Assembly: GCF_006345805.1 (NCBI RefSeq)
Contig: NC_043018.1
Span: forward strand, 1,798,039 to 1,862,000
DNA from: Octopus sinensis
Lineage: Eukaryota
Direction of reading: 5' to 3'
DNA length: 63,962 nucleotides
Shown: in pieces, positions 1-10,439 of the stretch
How positions within the stretch are numbered: position 1 is the stretch's first letter
How the letters are laid out: each line of letters starts with the position of its first letter
The notes under the pieces: model-generated
Databases searched by the model: none
Told to the model about the DNA's origin: nothing
Seen by the model: the letters and a program-made list of their open reading frames with translations, nothing else
Made by a program: the position numbers and the translations under genes

Positions 1-12
1 TGTTTAATGCTA

Positions 13-222
13 TATACTCTCTTTTAACTCTCTTACTTGTTTCAGTCATTTGACTGAGGCCATGCTGGAGCACCGCCTTTAATCGAGCAACTCGACCCCG
101 GGACTTATTCTTTTGTAAGCCCAGTACTTATTCTATCGGTTTCTTTTGCCGAACCGCTAAGTTACAGGGACATAAACACACCAGCATCGGTTGTCAAGCA
201 ATGCTAGGGGGACAAACACAGA
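13..222 (-). mobile_element. SINE family A, 3' half (split from its 5' half by a nested insertion)
   Basis: Matches the 3' half of the near-complete copies at 2217-2619, 11183-11599 and 35915-36284 (CTCTTTTACTTGTTTCAGTCATTTGACTG...GGGGGACAAACACA). Confidence 0.85.
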
Positions 223-261
223 CACAGACACGCATGTTGATTCGCTAGCCTCTGCACGCAT

Positions 262-465
262 ATTTTTTTCTCTCCTTCTTTCTGGGTTTTTCTCTGTGTA
301 TCTTTCTGTTGAAGAGCGTAGGCTCGAAACGTTAAAGACTTGTTTTATTTATATTTCCTGAGCGCCAAACTAATACAATTGTTTGTTTGTATTCCACCTG
401 CCTTCGTCTTTTGTTTATTTCCGTAAACCTGCCTTCGTCTTTTGTCTATTTTCATAAAGCTTCCC
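262..465 (+). mobile_element. Dispersed repeat family F (about 170-200 bp) carrying a minimal hammerhead-like motif; probable Penelope-like terminal-repeat relic
   Basis: Homologous copies at 29950-30118, 34670-34832 and 56811-56975. Shares CTGTTGAAGAGCGTAGGCTCGAAACGT and the CACCTGYCTTCGTCTTTTG tail, and ends at (TA)n. Confidence 0.75.
301..338 (+). ncRNA. Minimal type I hammerhead ribozyme-like motif (core variant)
   Basis: TCTTT|CTGTTGA|A|GAGC-GTAG-GCTC|GAAA|CGT|T|AAAGA. Stem I is 5 bp, stem II is 4 bp and stem III is the palindrome ACGT. Core position 6 is U rather than A. Confidence 0.55.
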
Positions 466-467
466 GT

Positions 468-503
<36 letters not shown>

Positions 504-552
504 ATAATATATATTATATATATATAATTATACATATATATATATACATATA

Positions 553-717
553 TACGACGGGCTTCTTTTAGTTTCCGTCTACCAAATCCACTCACAAGGC
601 TTTGGTCAGCCCGAGGCTATAGTAGAAGACACTTGCCCAAGGTGCCACGCAGTGGGACTGAACCCGGAACCATGTGGTTGGTAAGCAAGCTACTTACCAC
701 ACAGCCACTCCTGCGCC
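553..717 (-). mobile_element. SINE family A, 5' half (tRNA-like head plus CORE-like segment)
   Basis: Minus strand reads GGCGCAGGAGTGGCTGTGTGGTAAG (A-box-like)...GGTTCAGTCCC (B-box-like)...GGCACCTTGGGCAAGTGTCTT, which resembles the MIR/CORE GTGACCTTGGGCAAGT. Confidence 0.85.
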
Positions 718-734
718 ATTCTTATATTCTTAAA

Positions 735-935
735 TTCTTTTATTCTTTTACTTGTTTCAGTCATTTGACTGCGACGAACACGACAACAACGGTACTGGAG
801 CACCGCCTCTGTCAAACAAATCGACCCCAGGACTTTTTTTTTTGAGAGCCTAGTACTTATTTTAGGGGTTGTTTTTTAAGGCCGAACCGCTAAGCAACGG
901 GGACGTAAACATACCAGCAACGGTTGTCAAGCGAT
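735..935 (-). mobile_element. SINE family A, degenerate 3' half
   Basis: TTTACTTGTTTCAGTCATTTGACTGCG...GCCGAACCGCTAAG...CGGTTGTCAAGCGATG. Confidence 0.75.
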
Positions 936-1509
936 GTTATTTATATAAATATTGGCTGTAAGTGACTTCGAAAGACTGATTTGCTCACTCACAAAATGAT
1001 GGCAGCAGGCAAGCCGAAACTTCGACGTTACTGTCAACGTGATCCCTCTAAACGTTTTATAAAAAATGTACTCTCCCTAAAATGTATTGTCGAACTGAAC
1101 AACAATTATTGTGTGTGCACGTATGTGTATGCGTGCGTGCGTGTGTGTATGTGTGTGTGTGTGTGCGTGTGCGTGTGTGTGTGTTGTGTGGAGTTTAATG
1201 AGCTGCCACCGGTAATCGATCTGGTGGAGTTAGAGCCGTATATGAGGCGTTAAAAGAAAAAAGGAGTTTGAAGAAATAGGAAAAACAACGATAATTAAAG
1301 GGGAAAAAAGGAAAAAATGATCAACAGATAGAATGTGTGCAAACGTTCAAATGGTACTGTATGAGGAGTGGGGCTCTTGCAGGCACTCATCTTCATTATT
1401 ATATAATTCATATTCATTCGTTAAATGTTTTTTGTCACCACTATGGTGTTGTGTCTGTCCTTGTAGTGTCCCCTTTGTGTTAAGTGGCCTGAGTGCCAAA
1501 AGAAAGAAT

Positions 1510-1555
<46 letters not shown>

Positions 1556-1570
1556 ACATGAATAAAACTA

Positions 1571-1712
1571 AACTGGCGTTAGGAAGGGCATCCAGCCGTA
1601 GAAACCTTACCACAAACAGACAATCTGTCAGGACAACTTTGCTAGCCAGCACTGTGTTAAACCGTCCAACCCATACCAGCGTGGAAAGCAGTTGTTAAAC
1701 GATAATGATGAT
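1571..1712 (+). mobile_element. SINE-like 3' fragment with GAT tail
   Basis: GGCGTTAGGAAGGGCATCCAGCCGTAGAAA...AACCGTCCAACCCATACCAGC...GTTAAACGATAATGATGAT. It follows (GT)n and ends in a GAT tail. Confidence 0.55.
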
Positions 1713-1755
1713 AAATACGATTATATTTGTGTGTGTGTGTGTATTTGTATATGTA

Positions 1756-1980
1756 AGAAGGGCGCTAAAACGTTCCTGGCTGTGTGTAACAGAAAATACT
1801 GGAGAATCAGTTATTTATGATTTCATTCAACATGTTCTTTCTCAGATTCACACACTCATTGCAGCGGTCCTTCAGCGGTCCTTCAAAGCTCTGTAAAAGA
1901 ACTCGGACGGTTGGTCCTCCAGCCAGGTCTTTCACGATAGCTTTAAATCCGGGAACATTTCACCACTCCTCAGGTACATA
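1756..1980 (-). mobile_element. mariner-type transposon 3' fragment with one TIR
   Basis: Minus strand reads YLRSGEMFPDLKLS*KTWLEDQPSEFFYRALKDR/CNECVNLR, like the mariner C-terminus WL..QP.EFF....L..RW.KCV. TA is followed by AGAAGGGCGCTAAAACGTTCCTGGCT, a mariner-like TIR. An internal 11-bp duplication is present. Confidence 0.6.
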
Positions 1981-2216
1981 AGAGTCAACGGCTTATGTAT
2001 AACAGACAGAGTCAACGACAATTGTAGACGTTGCCAGAAGCAACGAAAATTTTAAATAAAATGAAGTAAATGAGTGGAAATCGAACCGGTAAGTGTTTTA
2101 ATTAACAAGGCATTAAAACAATACACACACACACACACATATATCTACACATATATATATACATATGGTATATACATATATATATATATTTATTTATATA
2201 TATATGTATATATATA

Positions 2217-2619
2217 CTCTTTTACTCTTTTACTTGTTTCAGTCATTTGACTGCGGCCATGCTGGAGCACCGCCTTTAGCCGAGCAAATCGACCCCGGGA
2301 CTTATTCTTTGTAAGCCCAGTGCTTATTCTATCGGTCTCTTTTGCTGAACCGCTAAGTTACGGGGACCTAAACACACCAGCATCGGTTGTCAAGCAATGC
2401 TAGGGGGACAAACACAGATACACAAACACACACACACACATATACATATATATATACGACAGGCTTCTTTCAGTTTCCGTCTACCAAATCCACTCACAAG
2501 GCATTGGTCGGCCCAGGGCTATAGCAGAAGACACTTGCCCAAGATGCCACGCAGTGGGACTGAACCCGGAACCATGTGGTTGGTTAGCAAGCTACTTACC
2601 ACACAGGCACTCCTGCGCC
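2217..2619 (-). mobile_element. SINE family A, near full length
   Basis: tRNA-like head, CORE-like segment, internal (CA/TA)n and a CTCTTTTA tail repeat. Confidence 0.9.
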
Positions 2620-2623
2620 TATA

Positions 2624-2654
<31 letters not shown>

Positions 2655-2999
2655 GTATATTTATATGTATATATATATAGTTATATATGTGTGTGTGTGT
2701 GTGTGTGTATCTTATAGAGAGTAGCTTATTACATATCCCAAACCATCTTATTCTTATATCAGTTTAGCGAATTGTTTCGCGATATAATCTGTTAGCGACG
2801 ATACATCGTAATTCAGACTTTCATATCGGGTACGTTTCTTTACATGTTATTCGTAGCAAGTAACTTCACCTTCATTCCGGGTGGGATTTCTAAAAGAACG
2901 AAAAATTTGTTTTGTTAGAGGAATCGAGAAATATTTAGTTTTACACGAAGAATCTTTATTTCACTTCTAGGATGGTTTCTGTGTTGTGCCGATCACAAA

Positions 3000-3244
3000 C
3001 TTACCCACAGCCAAAACGATACATGCTCGTATACACACAGGAAACATATACACATGCACATACACATACACACACATATACATCGATATGTTTGCATGGT
3101 GAGTATACACACACTCACACACACCTATACACAGTCACGCACGCATATATGCGTGCGTGTGTATGTACTGGTATTTACATATGGATATATGTATGTTTAT
3201 ATTTACAGGTATTCATGTTTGTATATGTATATATATATGTATAT

Positions 3245-3281
<37 letters not shown>

Positions 3282-3473
3282 AGAGAGACAGGCAGAGAAG
3301 TAGCAACAGAGAAAGAAAAGAAAATGAGTAAACGCATAGCCACATGAATATATATTCATATATAGGTGTATTATATATATATTTATATATAAATATATAT
3401 ATATATATATAGGTGTGTGTGTGTGCGTATATATATATATATAAATATATGCATACGTATATATGTATATATG

Positions 3474-3504
<31 letters not shown>

Positions 3505-3625
3505 TCAGTATATATATATGTGTATATATATATATATATATATTTAATATATATATACGTGTGTGTGTGTATGTATGTTTTTATGCAGATATACATGCTT
3601 TCATATATATAAATACGTATATGTC

Positions 3626-3677
<52 letters not shown>

Positions 3678-3702
3678 TATATATATAGATATATATATAT
3701 AT

Positions 3703-3735
<33 letters not shown>
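3000..3735. repeat. Compound (CA)n/(TA)n/(GA)n microsatellites
   Basis: Direct inspection. Confidence 0.9.
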
Positions 3736-3736
<1 letters not shown>

Positions 3737-4199
3737 ACACCCCCAACACACATATTTACCCACTGAATGAAAAACATTTGCTTTAGTGTAACAGAGTTAT
3801 AATTTTCAACTATTTTAAAATAAAAGAAAGAAAGATTTTTTAAATTCAATTTTAATTCAAGAGAATTGTAAATAAAAACTATTTTTTTAAGCATCTCCAG
3901 GGGTTTTTGTTTTGTCGAAATAAATAATGTGTTTGCTTTTTATTGTTTTATTTATATTTGCTGTGAGAAAATAAACCTGAAAATATTGTCTTGCCACAAG
4001 AGAAGAGAAGAGAGTGGGAGAGATTTGATTCCGGCGAACGTTCTGAAGGTTTGGAACACAATGTGTTGAATGTGAAAAAATATTTTTCCTGAGTTTGAAT
4101 CAGAAACAACAGCTAAGTTTCTCCGCAAATCGAATTTTGTGAGTTGTGAAATTTTGAGACAAAGCGGGGGCGAATCGATTATTAAATCGCCCCAAGTAT

Positions 4200-4217
4200 T
4201 TGATGATGATGATGATT

Positions 4218-4250
<33 letters not shown>

Positions 4251-4670
4251 GTAATGTTGGAGGTGTTAGGGGTGGTGGTGGTGATGGTGGTGGTGGTGGT
4301 GGTGGTGGTGATGGTAGCGGGGATGTTGGTCGTAGTTGTGGTAATGATGATGATGATAATGATTATGATGAGGTGGTTAGATGGTACTGGTACCGATAGT
4401 GATGATGATGATGATGATGTCGATGATCGTGGTGGGTCTGGTGTTGGTGATGGTGGTGGTGGTGGTGGTGGTGGTGATGGTGGCGGTGGCGGTGGTATTG
4501 GTGGTGAGGATCATAAAGATGATGATGATGATGATGATGGTGATGTTGTTGGTAGTGTTGGTAATGGTGCTGCCGCTGCTACTGCTGCTGCTGCTGGTGA
4601 TGATGATGATGATGATGATGATGACAATGACGACGATAATGAGGATGATACGATGACGACGTCGACGGTG
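4200..4670. repeat. (GAT)n/(GGT)n/(GCT)n compound trinucleotide repeat
   Basis: Direct inspection; explains the poly-M/D/G/V ORFs. Confidence 0.95.
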
Positions 4671-5742
4671 ATTCCTGAAGTAAGAAAGGACAAATTGGCC
4701 TCTGCAGGATTTGAACTCACTTTTTAACGTACCTTCATCTTCTTACGACATTAGACTTTTTGCATCTGAAAATAACTGGATTATTTCAGTATTGTTTTCT
4801 TCGATAGTATTTGTTACAAAATCATAAAATTTGAATTTCACTTGTTTCAAAATTAGAAATTATGGAATTAGAATTTGTAAACGAAATATCAATTATGAAA
4901 TGACAATTTCTAATAAGAATGAAATGGCGTTGTATATGTTATTCGGTGTGATAAGGCATTTTAAGGTGTTTTAATGAATAAGCCAATTCTATGAAATCAA
5001 AATTTTGGCAGAATGCCAGCTATTTCGGATAAGGTGTTGAGTTGGAAACATCGACTCCAATGTTCATTTTGTACTTATTTCATTGTCCCCGAAAGGATGA
5101 ACGGGAAGCGATTTTTTTCCTACGAGACTTCTGAACCCCAGTTATGAACTCATTTGCATTCAGCCAATCAGAGCTCAACTATAAAACTAACTTATGAGCG
5201 CAAAACAAGAGATGGGCAATAAGGTTACTTGGGTAAGGAATGATCATGCTTCTTTTCTCTTTCAATAATGCTTGTTGTTCTTGTTCTTGTTCCAACCATG
5301 GCTGCCTCTGCGTAGTTATTTGTGTTGTTGTTAACTTTGTAAAACAGTAAGGGGAGAGGGTTGCTAGCACATCACCCTCTACCCACACTTTTCCCATTCA
5401 CATCTCTACCATGTGGGGCCATAACAAAATCCGATAATAGATATATATGCAAATCTATCTAATTACTCGTCGCCTTCTAAACTCTGGCATAACTTGGCGG
5501 TGATCGGTCGACTTACAACACCGTTCTTCGACTTGACCTTATTTGGTAGAGTGTGTTTGGTAAGCTCTAATTGGCTGTATGCAAATGAGTTCATTACTGG
5601 GGTCTGGAACACTTGTGGGAAAAAACAATTTCGCGAACGGAGAAGTCGGCCTCGGCGGAATTTGAATTCAGAACGTCAAGACGGACGAAATGCCAACCCT
5701 ACACCCTAATAAGTACAACATATCAAATAATGTGTTTCAAAT

Positions 5743-5951
5743 TTTAGCACAAGGCCAGCAATTTCTTGGGGGGAGGGGCTCAAGTCGATTAAATCGACCT
5801 CAATGCTCAAATGATATTTATTTTATCGACCCCGAATGGATGAAAGGTAAAGTCGATCTTGGCGAAGTTTGAACTCCGATCTGTAAAGACGGACGAAATA
5901 TCGCTAAGCCTTGTCCCCATTCTACTAACGATTCTGCCAGCTCGCCGCCTT
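5743..5951 (-). mobile_element. SINE family B (tRNA-derived, Meta-domain-like centre)
   Basis: Minus strand reads AAGGCGGCGAGCTGGCAGAATCGTTAG...GAGTTCAAACTTCGCCAAGATCGACTTTACCTTTCATCCATTCGGGGTCGATAAAATAA. The GCCTTTCATCCTTTCGGGGTCGATAA block resembles the MetaSINE central domain. A partial copy lies at about 5500-5700. Confidence 0.85.
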
Positions 5952-6216
5952 AATAAGCAAAATATATTAATAAAATGAAAAATAAGTATTAGGCTCGATC
6001 CCTTTCGACTAAACTCTTCAAGGGGAACTCTAGCATGGGCGTTGTCCAAATTCTGGAACAAGCAAAAGGGAAGAAATAATAGAACATATTTTTTTGTATT
6101 TTCCTTTTTCGTCGATGTTTAAACTTCAAACTTTTGGTCCGGCCAAGATTTATCCAGATATGACTATTTCCCTTACACGAACTAACCACCGGGGCACATC
6201 ATGAGTTGAGAAAGGG

Positions 6217-6420
6217 AGAAGGCGACGAACTGGCAGAATCATCGCCGCGCCTGGAAAAATTGCTTAGCCTTTCTTCATGTTCTGCGTATAAATTCTGCCG
6301 AGGTCGACTTTGCCTTTCGTCCTTTTGGGATCGACTAAGTAAATCCCAGTTGAACACTGGGGTCGATGAAATCGACTTACTCCCCCCTCTTGAGATTACA
6401 GGCCTTGTGCCAAACTTTAA
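6217..6420 (+). mobile_element. SINE family B
   Basis: AAGGCGACGAACTGGCAGAATC...GAGGTCGACTTTGCCTTTCGTCC...CTGGGGTCGATG. Confidence 0.8.
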
Positions 6421-6469
6421 AAACAATATCCGAACACTAGATTTTCTCATAAACCTGACATTCCATTGG

Positions 6470-6758
6470 CTACGACGACGAAGATTCCAGTTGATCCGAT
6501 CAACGGAACAGCCCACTCCAGAAATTAACGTGCATCTGGTTGAAAAGCCCACAGACATGCTTACCCTTAAAGTAGTTCTTCAGGAGATTCAACGGGACAC
6601 AGAAGTTTGGCCCCTTCGAAATACAAGTACTACTCATTTTCGCCATTAGAGTGAACTGGAGCAATGGGAAGTTAAGAGTTTTGCTCAAGAACACAACGCG
6701 TCGCCAGGAATCGAATGTGCCGCCGAATGCCCTAACCACTGAGCCACGTACCTCCACA
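6470..6758 (-). mobile_element. SINE family C (tRNA-derived), degenerate
   Basis: The 3' end matches 32700-32860 (ACGTTAATTTC...CTGTTCCGTTGATCGGATCAACTGGAA). Head reads GGAGGTACGTGGCTCAGTGGTTAGGG. Confidence 0.75.
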
Positions 6759-7398
6759 TAGACAGAATTGTGAAGGTATAAAGTTGAAAGATGGTCATTT
6801 TAGAGTGTGCGAAATTATTTTTAAAATACCTAAAGTTTTGTCAATAAAATTTCGAATATTCAGCGTGCTTTATTTTATTTTATTTTATTTTATTTTATTT
6901 TGTTTTATTTTAGAATGTGTTTTGTGGTTTCTCTTTCAGGCAGTGTTTAAACATAATAAATCAGTTTTTAAATGAGGGGAAATATTGTATCATTTCTACG
7001 TATTCATGCTTCAATTAAAAAAAATCTGACAACAAAAATAATCCGGCTTTTAAAAGATATTAAATTATTTATAATGTTTACACGCTCCAAAATAGCTTTT
7101 CTACCCGGCTTCTAAAGGCTTCTTCAACTTTTGTTAACATTTATGGAAAGTTTTCAACAACAATCAGCAACTTTGAACTAATGCATTCATGCATTTATAC
7201 AAAATTCACACAGGTTCAAATAATTAAAATTTCATCTTTAGTCAAGCAATATTAAAAGTTCTCTATCTCAAAAGTGGAACCACGGAGTTGGATAAATTTC
7301 ATGGCATTTTTATCTGCTAATTAGTCAATTACGCTTCTATTCATTCTTAATGACTTCTGCCAGATTCAAACGTGAATGTCTGACCGCTGTTGCTTATT

Positions 7399-7489
7399 AG
7401 TGTTGACGAAACACGCGATTCACCGTTATAAGAGGACCCCGAGGAAATTCTGTGTTTCGATCTTATTGCATCTCATCAGTCGAAACACT
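7399..7489 (-). ncRNA. Type I hammerhead ribozyme candidate with canonical core
   Basis: Minus strand: AGTGTT-T-CGA|CTGATGA|GAT-gcaataag-ATC|GAAA|CAC-37 nt loop-GTGT|T|TCG-TC-AACACT. Stem I is 3+6 bp, stem II 3 bp, stem III 4 bp, and the cleavage triplet is GUU. Confidence 0.5.
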
Positions 7490-7852
7490 TCAGTACAACC
7501 CGTGAATGATCAATTTGACAAGCATGTGCATGCATCAGGAAATAATTTACTCTAAAGATGTAGTAGTGGGATCTGATGGGTTAACTTTGACTGAGACACA
7601 GATTGGGGCCAAAATCACACGACGTCTCGAGGCCCCCTTACACCGGTGAATCACGTGTATTTTGAACACACCGCTTCTAAAAGGAGGAGTTGTTCTTCGA
7701 CGACGAAAAACAACAATGATGATATATTCACATTTGAATCTCCTAGAACGCGTTAAATAAGAATATATACGTTACTCTTTCGATTCTCGTTCTCCTGCGT
7801 GAAGTCCATGGATTATTGAAATACTTACATATTAGTTAAACAGACTGATTGA

Positions 7853-8370
7853 GTCACCAACACTGCAGCCCTCAACCACGCCAAGACACCCAGCATACTC
7901 ACTCTGCTCCAACAGAGCCGTCTGAGCTATCTCGGTCACGTATGTCGTATGCCGGACGGGATAATCCCAAAAGACTTCCTGTATGGGAATTTACCATCGG
8001 CAAAAAGGGTCACGAGGACAACCTCACCTTCGTTAGAAGGACATCTGCGGGAGAGGTATCAAGTCAATAGATCTGGACCTCTGGAGATGGAAAGAGATCG
8101 CAAATGATCGCCCCACAATGGAGACGCACTTCGCAACGGAATGGAGCGAGGGGAAGAGAAACTAGTTCTTGCCACCGAAGAAAAGCGCTCTGGAAGGAAG
8201 CAGAATTCAGTAACGACAGGAAAGAGCGTCTTCAAATGCAGCCGCGACATACAACACTGCCACTCCCGTGTGGGCCTATATGGTCGCAGTAGACGCTACA
8301 CCGCCATCAGCAGCTAACACAAAATTCTCAAGGCGTAGATCCATAGTCTTTTGAAACCGACGGATGCCTA
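7853..8370 (+). mobile_element. RTE-clade LINE, 3' fragment (degenerate)
   Basis: VTNTAALNHAKTPSILTLLQQSRLSYLGHVCRMPDGIIPKDFLYG, then a frameshift to GQPHLR*KDICGRGIKSIDLD..WKEIANDR, the RTE post-RT motif RL.WLGHV.RM.D.RIPK.LLYG. An RTE-like 3' end reads CCATAGTC...GACGGATGCCTA. Confidence 0.85.
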
Positions 8371-8569
8371 TCTATATCTATCTATAGTTAAATAACACCA
8401 AAGTATTTAAATCTTTACCACGAGACTACGAAGTCTGATGAATTTCAAAGCAGTTACATATGCTATTTGGCGCGTTCCGGTTTGTATTTGCTATATTTAC
8501 AAATCTTTCACAGCGCTCCTACAAAAAGTACTATCCATACCAACACCACCAATACTACTGCTCCTACTG

Positions 8570-8593
8570 TTACTACTACTACTACTACTACTG

Positions 8594-8625
<32 letters not shown>

Positions 8626-8626
8626 G

Positions 8627-8676
<50 letters not shown>

Positions 8677-8677
8677 G
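8570..8677. repeat. (ACT)n microsatellite
   Basis: Direct inspection. Confidence 0.95.
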
Positions 8678-9220
8678 CTTTCTGCACAAGGTCAAGGCTA
8701 AAGCACATGTGCTCCCTAGGATGGGTATCATATGATAGGGATCCTCCGATCAGTCAGCTGACGCGCAAACCCCTAAGTGGAGGTGCTTTATTGTTTAGTA
8801 TGAAAACTGTGTGATGTCATGAGCGAGATGTCCTTCTTATGTCCAGGAGTCAGCTTGCCAAGACTCTGCATATCCCTCTGTGTTCTGCTGCTGCTGCACG
8901 CATACAATCAGCCAGGCTCTTGGGAACTTTTCCTTTTGAACGGCACTTTGTAACATAATTTCTAGGTAACTAAAAAGTTTTAAACTTCGTATACTGGTAG
9001 AATGTGTTTATAAAACATCATTTTTTCTTCGCTTTATTGAGAAAATTCTATATGTTGTAAGATATTTCGTCTTTAATTTCGAGCATTTCGGCAATTTTAA
9101 CCAATCGCTGACGTCCATTTAGGTAAATAACATTCTGTGCATAATGAATATGTCCCTCCCTTAAGAAACAGATTGGGTTTACTTACATTTGTGAAGAAAA
9201 ACGATACCCTTCCCCAACCT

Positions 9221-9260
9221 CTAACCCTAACCCTAACCCTAACTCTAACCCTAAATCTAA
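9221..9260 (-). repeat. Interstitial telomere-like (CCCTAA)n in the left arm
   Basis: CTAACCCTAACCCTAACCCTAACTCTAACCCTAAATCTAA. Confidence 0.9.
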
Positions 9261-9420
9261 AATAGATTGAAATGCAATAGATCGATACTAGGGTTATAAT
9301 TATGGGTGATAATTTCATACGACACCGCTACGGAAAACGGGATTTTTTTCTAGCGGTGTCGAATGAAAATATCACCCATAATTATAATCCTAGTATCGAT
9401 CTATTGCATTTCAATCTATT

Positions 9421-9460
9421 TTAGATTTAGGGTTAGAGTTAGGGTTAGGGTTAGGGTTAG
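9421..9460 (+). repeat. Interstitial telomere-like (TTAGGG)n in the right arm
   Basis: TTAGATTTAGGGTTAGAGTTAGGGTTAGGGTTAGGGTTAG. Confidence 0.9.
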
Positions 9461-10439
9461 AGGTTGGGGAAGGGTATCGTTTTTCTTCACAAATGTATGT
9501 AAACCCAATCTGTTTCTTAAGGGAGGGACATATTCATTATGCACAGAATGTTATTTACCTAAATGGACGTCAGCGATTGGTTAAAATTGCCGAAATGCTC
9601 GAAATTAAAGACGAAATATCTTACAACATATAGAATTTTCTCAATAAAGCGAAGAAAAAATGATGTTTTATAAACACATTCTACCAGTATACGAAGTTTA
9701 AAACTTTTTAGTTACCTAGAAATTATGTTACAAAGTGCCGTTCAAAAGGAAAAGATCCGGCTCTTGTATCCAGCTCATTCGTCGACGCCACCAGTCCTCA
9801 AAAGTCTTTGACGGTCTCTTACTTGCTTCCTCTCCACACTTCCTCTCAACATGGTTTTGGGCAATGACCCATGGCGCATTGTATGAGCAAAATATGTGGA
9901 CTAGATTCTCAACAACTGATGTCTTTCGACTTTCAGCTTTGCAGCACTTTTTATTCTGTCATTCCAGATTATTCTCTCCAATCTGTGAAACATCCACAAC
10001 ACATCTTAAAGTCATCTATTTCTTTTTACATTTGCTCCGTACACTGTCTTAGTTTCTGACCCGTAGAGGATAGCTGGTATAATATAACAGTTTATTAACC
10101 TCTGTTTCTTGTGCTTTGGAAATGAAGATTTTTTTTCATTCGTATGAACGTAGTGCTTCGCCTGATTTATCCTATAAAGTGAATGCTACACAATGAATTG
10201 TCTTATGTGTTATTTGCCCTAAATACTCGAAGTCCTTTCTGTGATGCGTACTCATTATAACAGTGAGGGAGTCGGAAGGCACCAAACAGATTAGACTGTT
10301 GGAAAAGAAAAGAATCCTTACAACGGGCTACATGTTACCCCAGATGACAAGAACCCTCCTATTGGATTACAGCAAGTAACCTTACATGCCAAGATCCCTC
10401 CTAAATATCCTACCTGTCCCTAATAACACTGTTTTCTTA

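Larger units (their letters stand above)
8923..9758. mobile_element. Foldback non-autonomous DNA transposon: 408-bp inverted arms, 20-bp spacer, 8-bp TSD GGCTCTTG, internal telomeric repeats (Merlin- or MULE-like)
   Basis: Arms 8923-9330 and 9351-9758 are reverse complements with about 5 mismatches seen. The TSD is at 8915-8922 and 9759-9766. Termini are GGAAC/GGATC, and the mirrored ORFs 9097-9318(-) and 9363-9584(+) reflect the symmetry. Confidence 0.92.
8815..10060 (-). mobile_element. Degenerate RTE LINE fragment interrupted by the foldback element (host pieces about 8815-8922 and 9759-10060)
   Basis: Minus strand reads HGSLPKTMLRGSVEEKQVRDRQR. Removing the insert and one TSD restores E*AGYKSLADCMRAA. 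Confidence 0.65.

Noticed and set aside
627-717. tRNA-like sequences (also 28785-28850, 32490-32560, 35915-35990)
   Set aside because: A and B boxes are present but there is no complete cloverleaf, and they continue into SINE bodies.
9097-9584. Twin 73-aa ORFs containing RVRVRVRV
   Set aside because: They are mirror images created by the foldback arms, and the RV run is the telomeric repeat.
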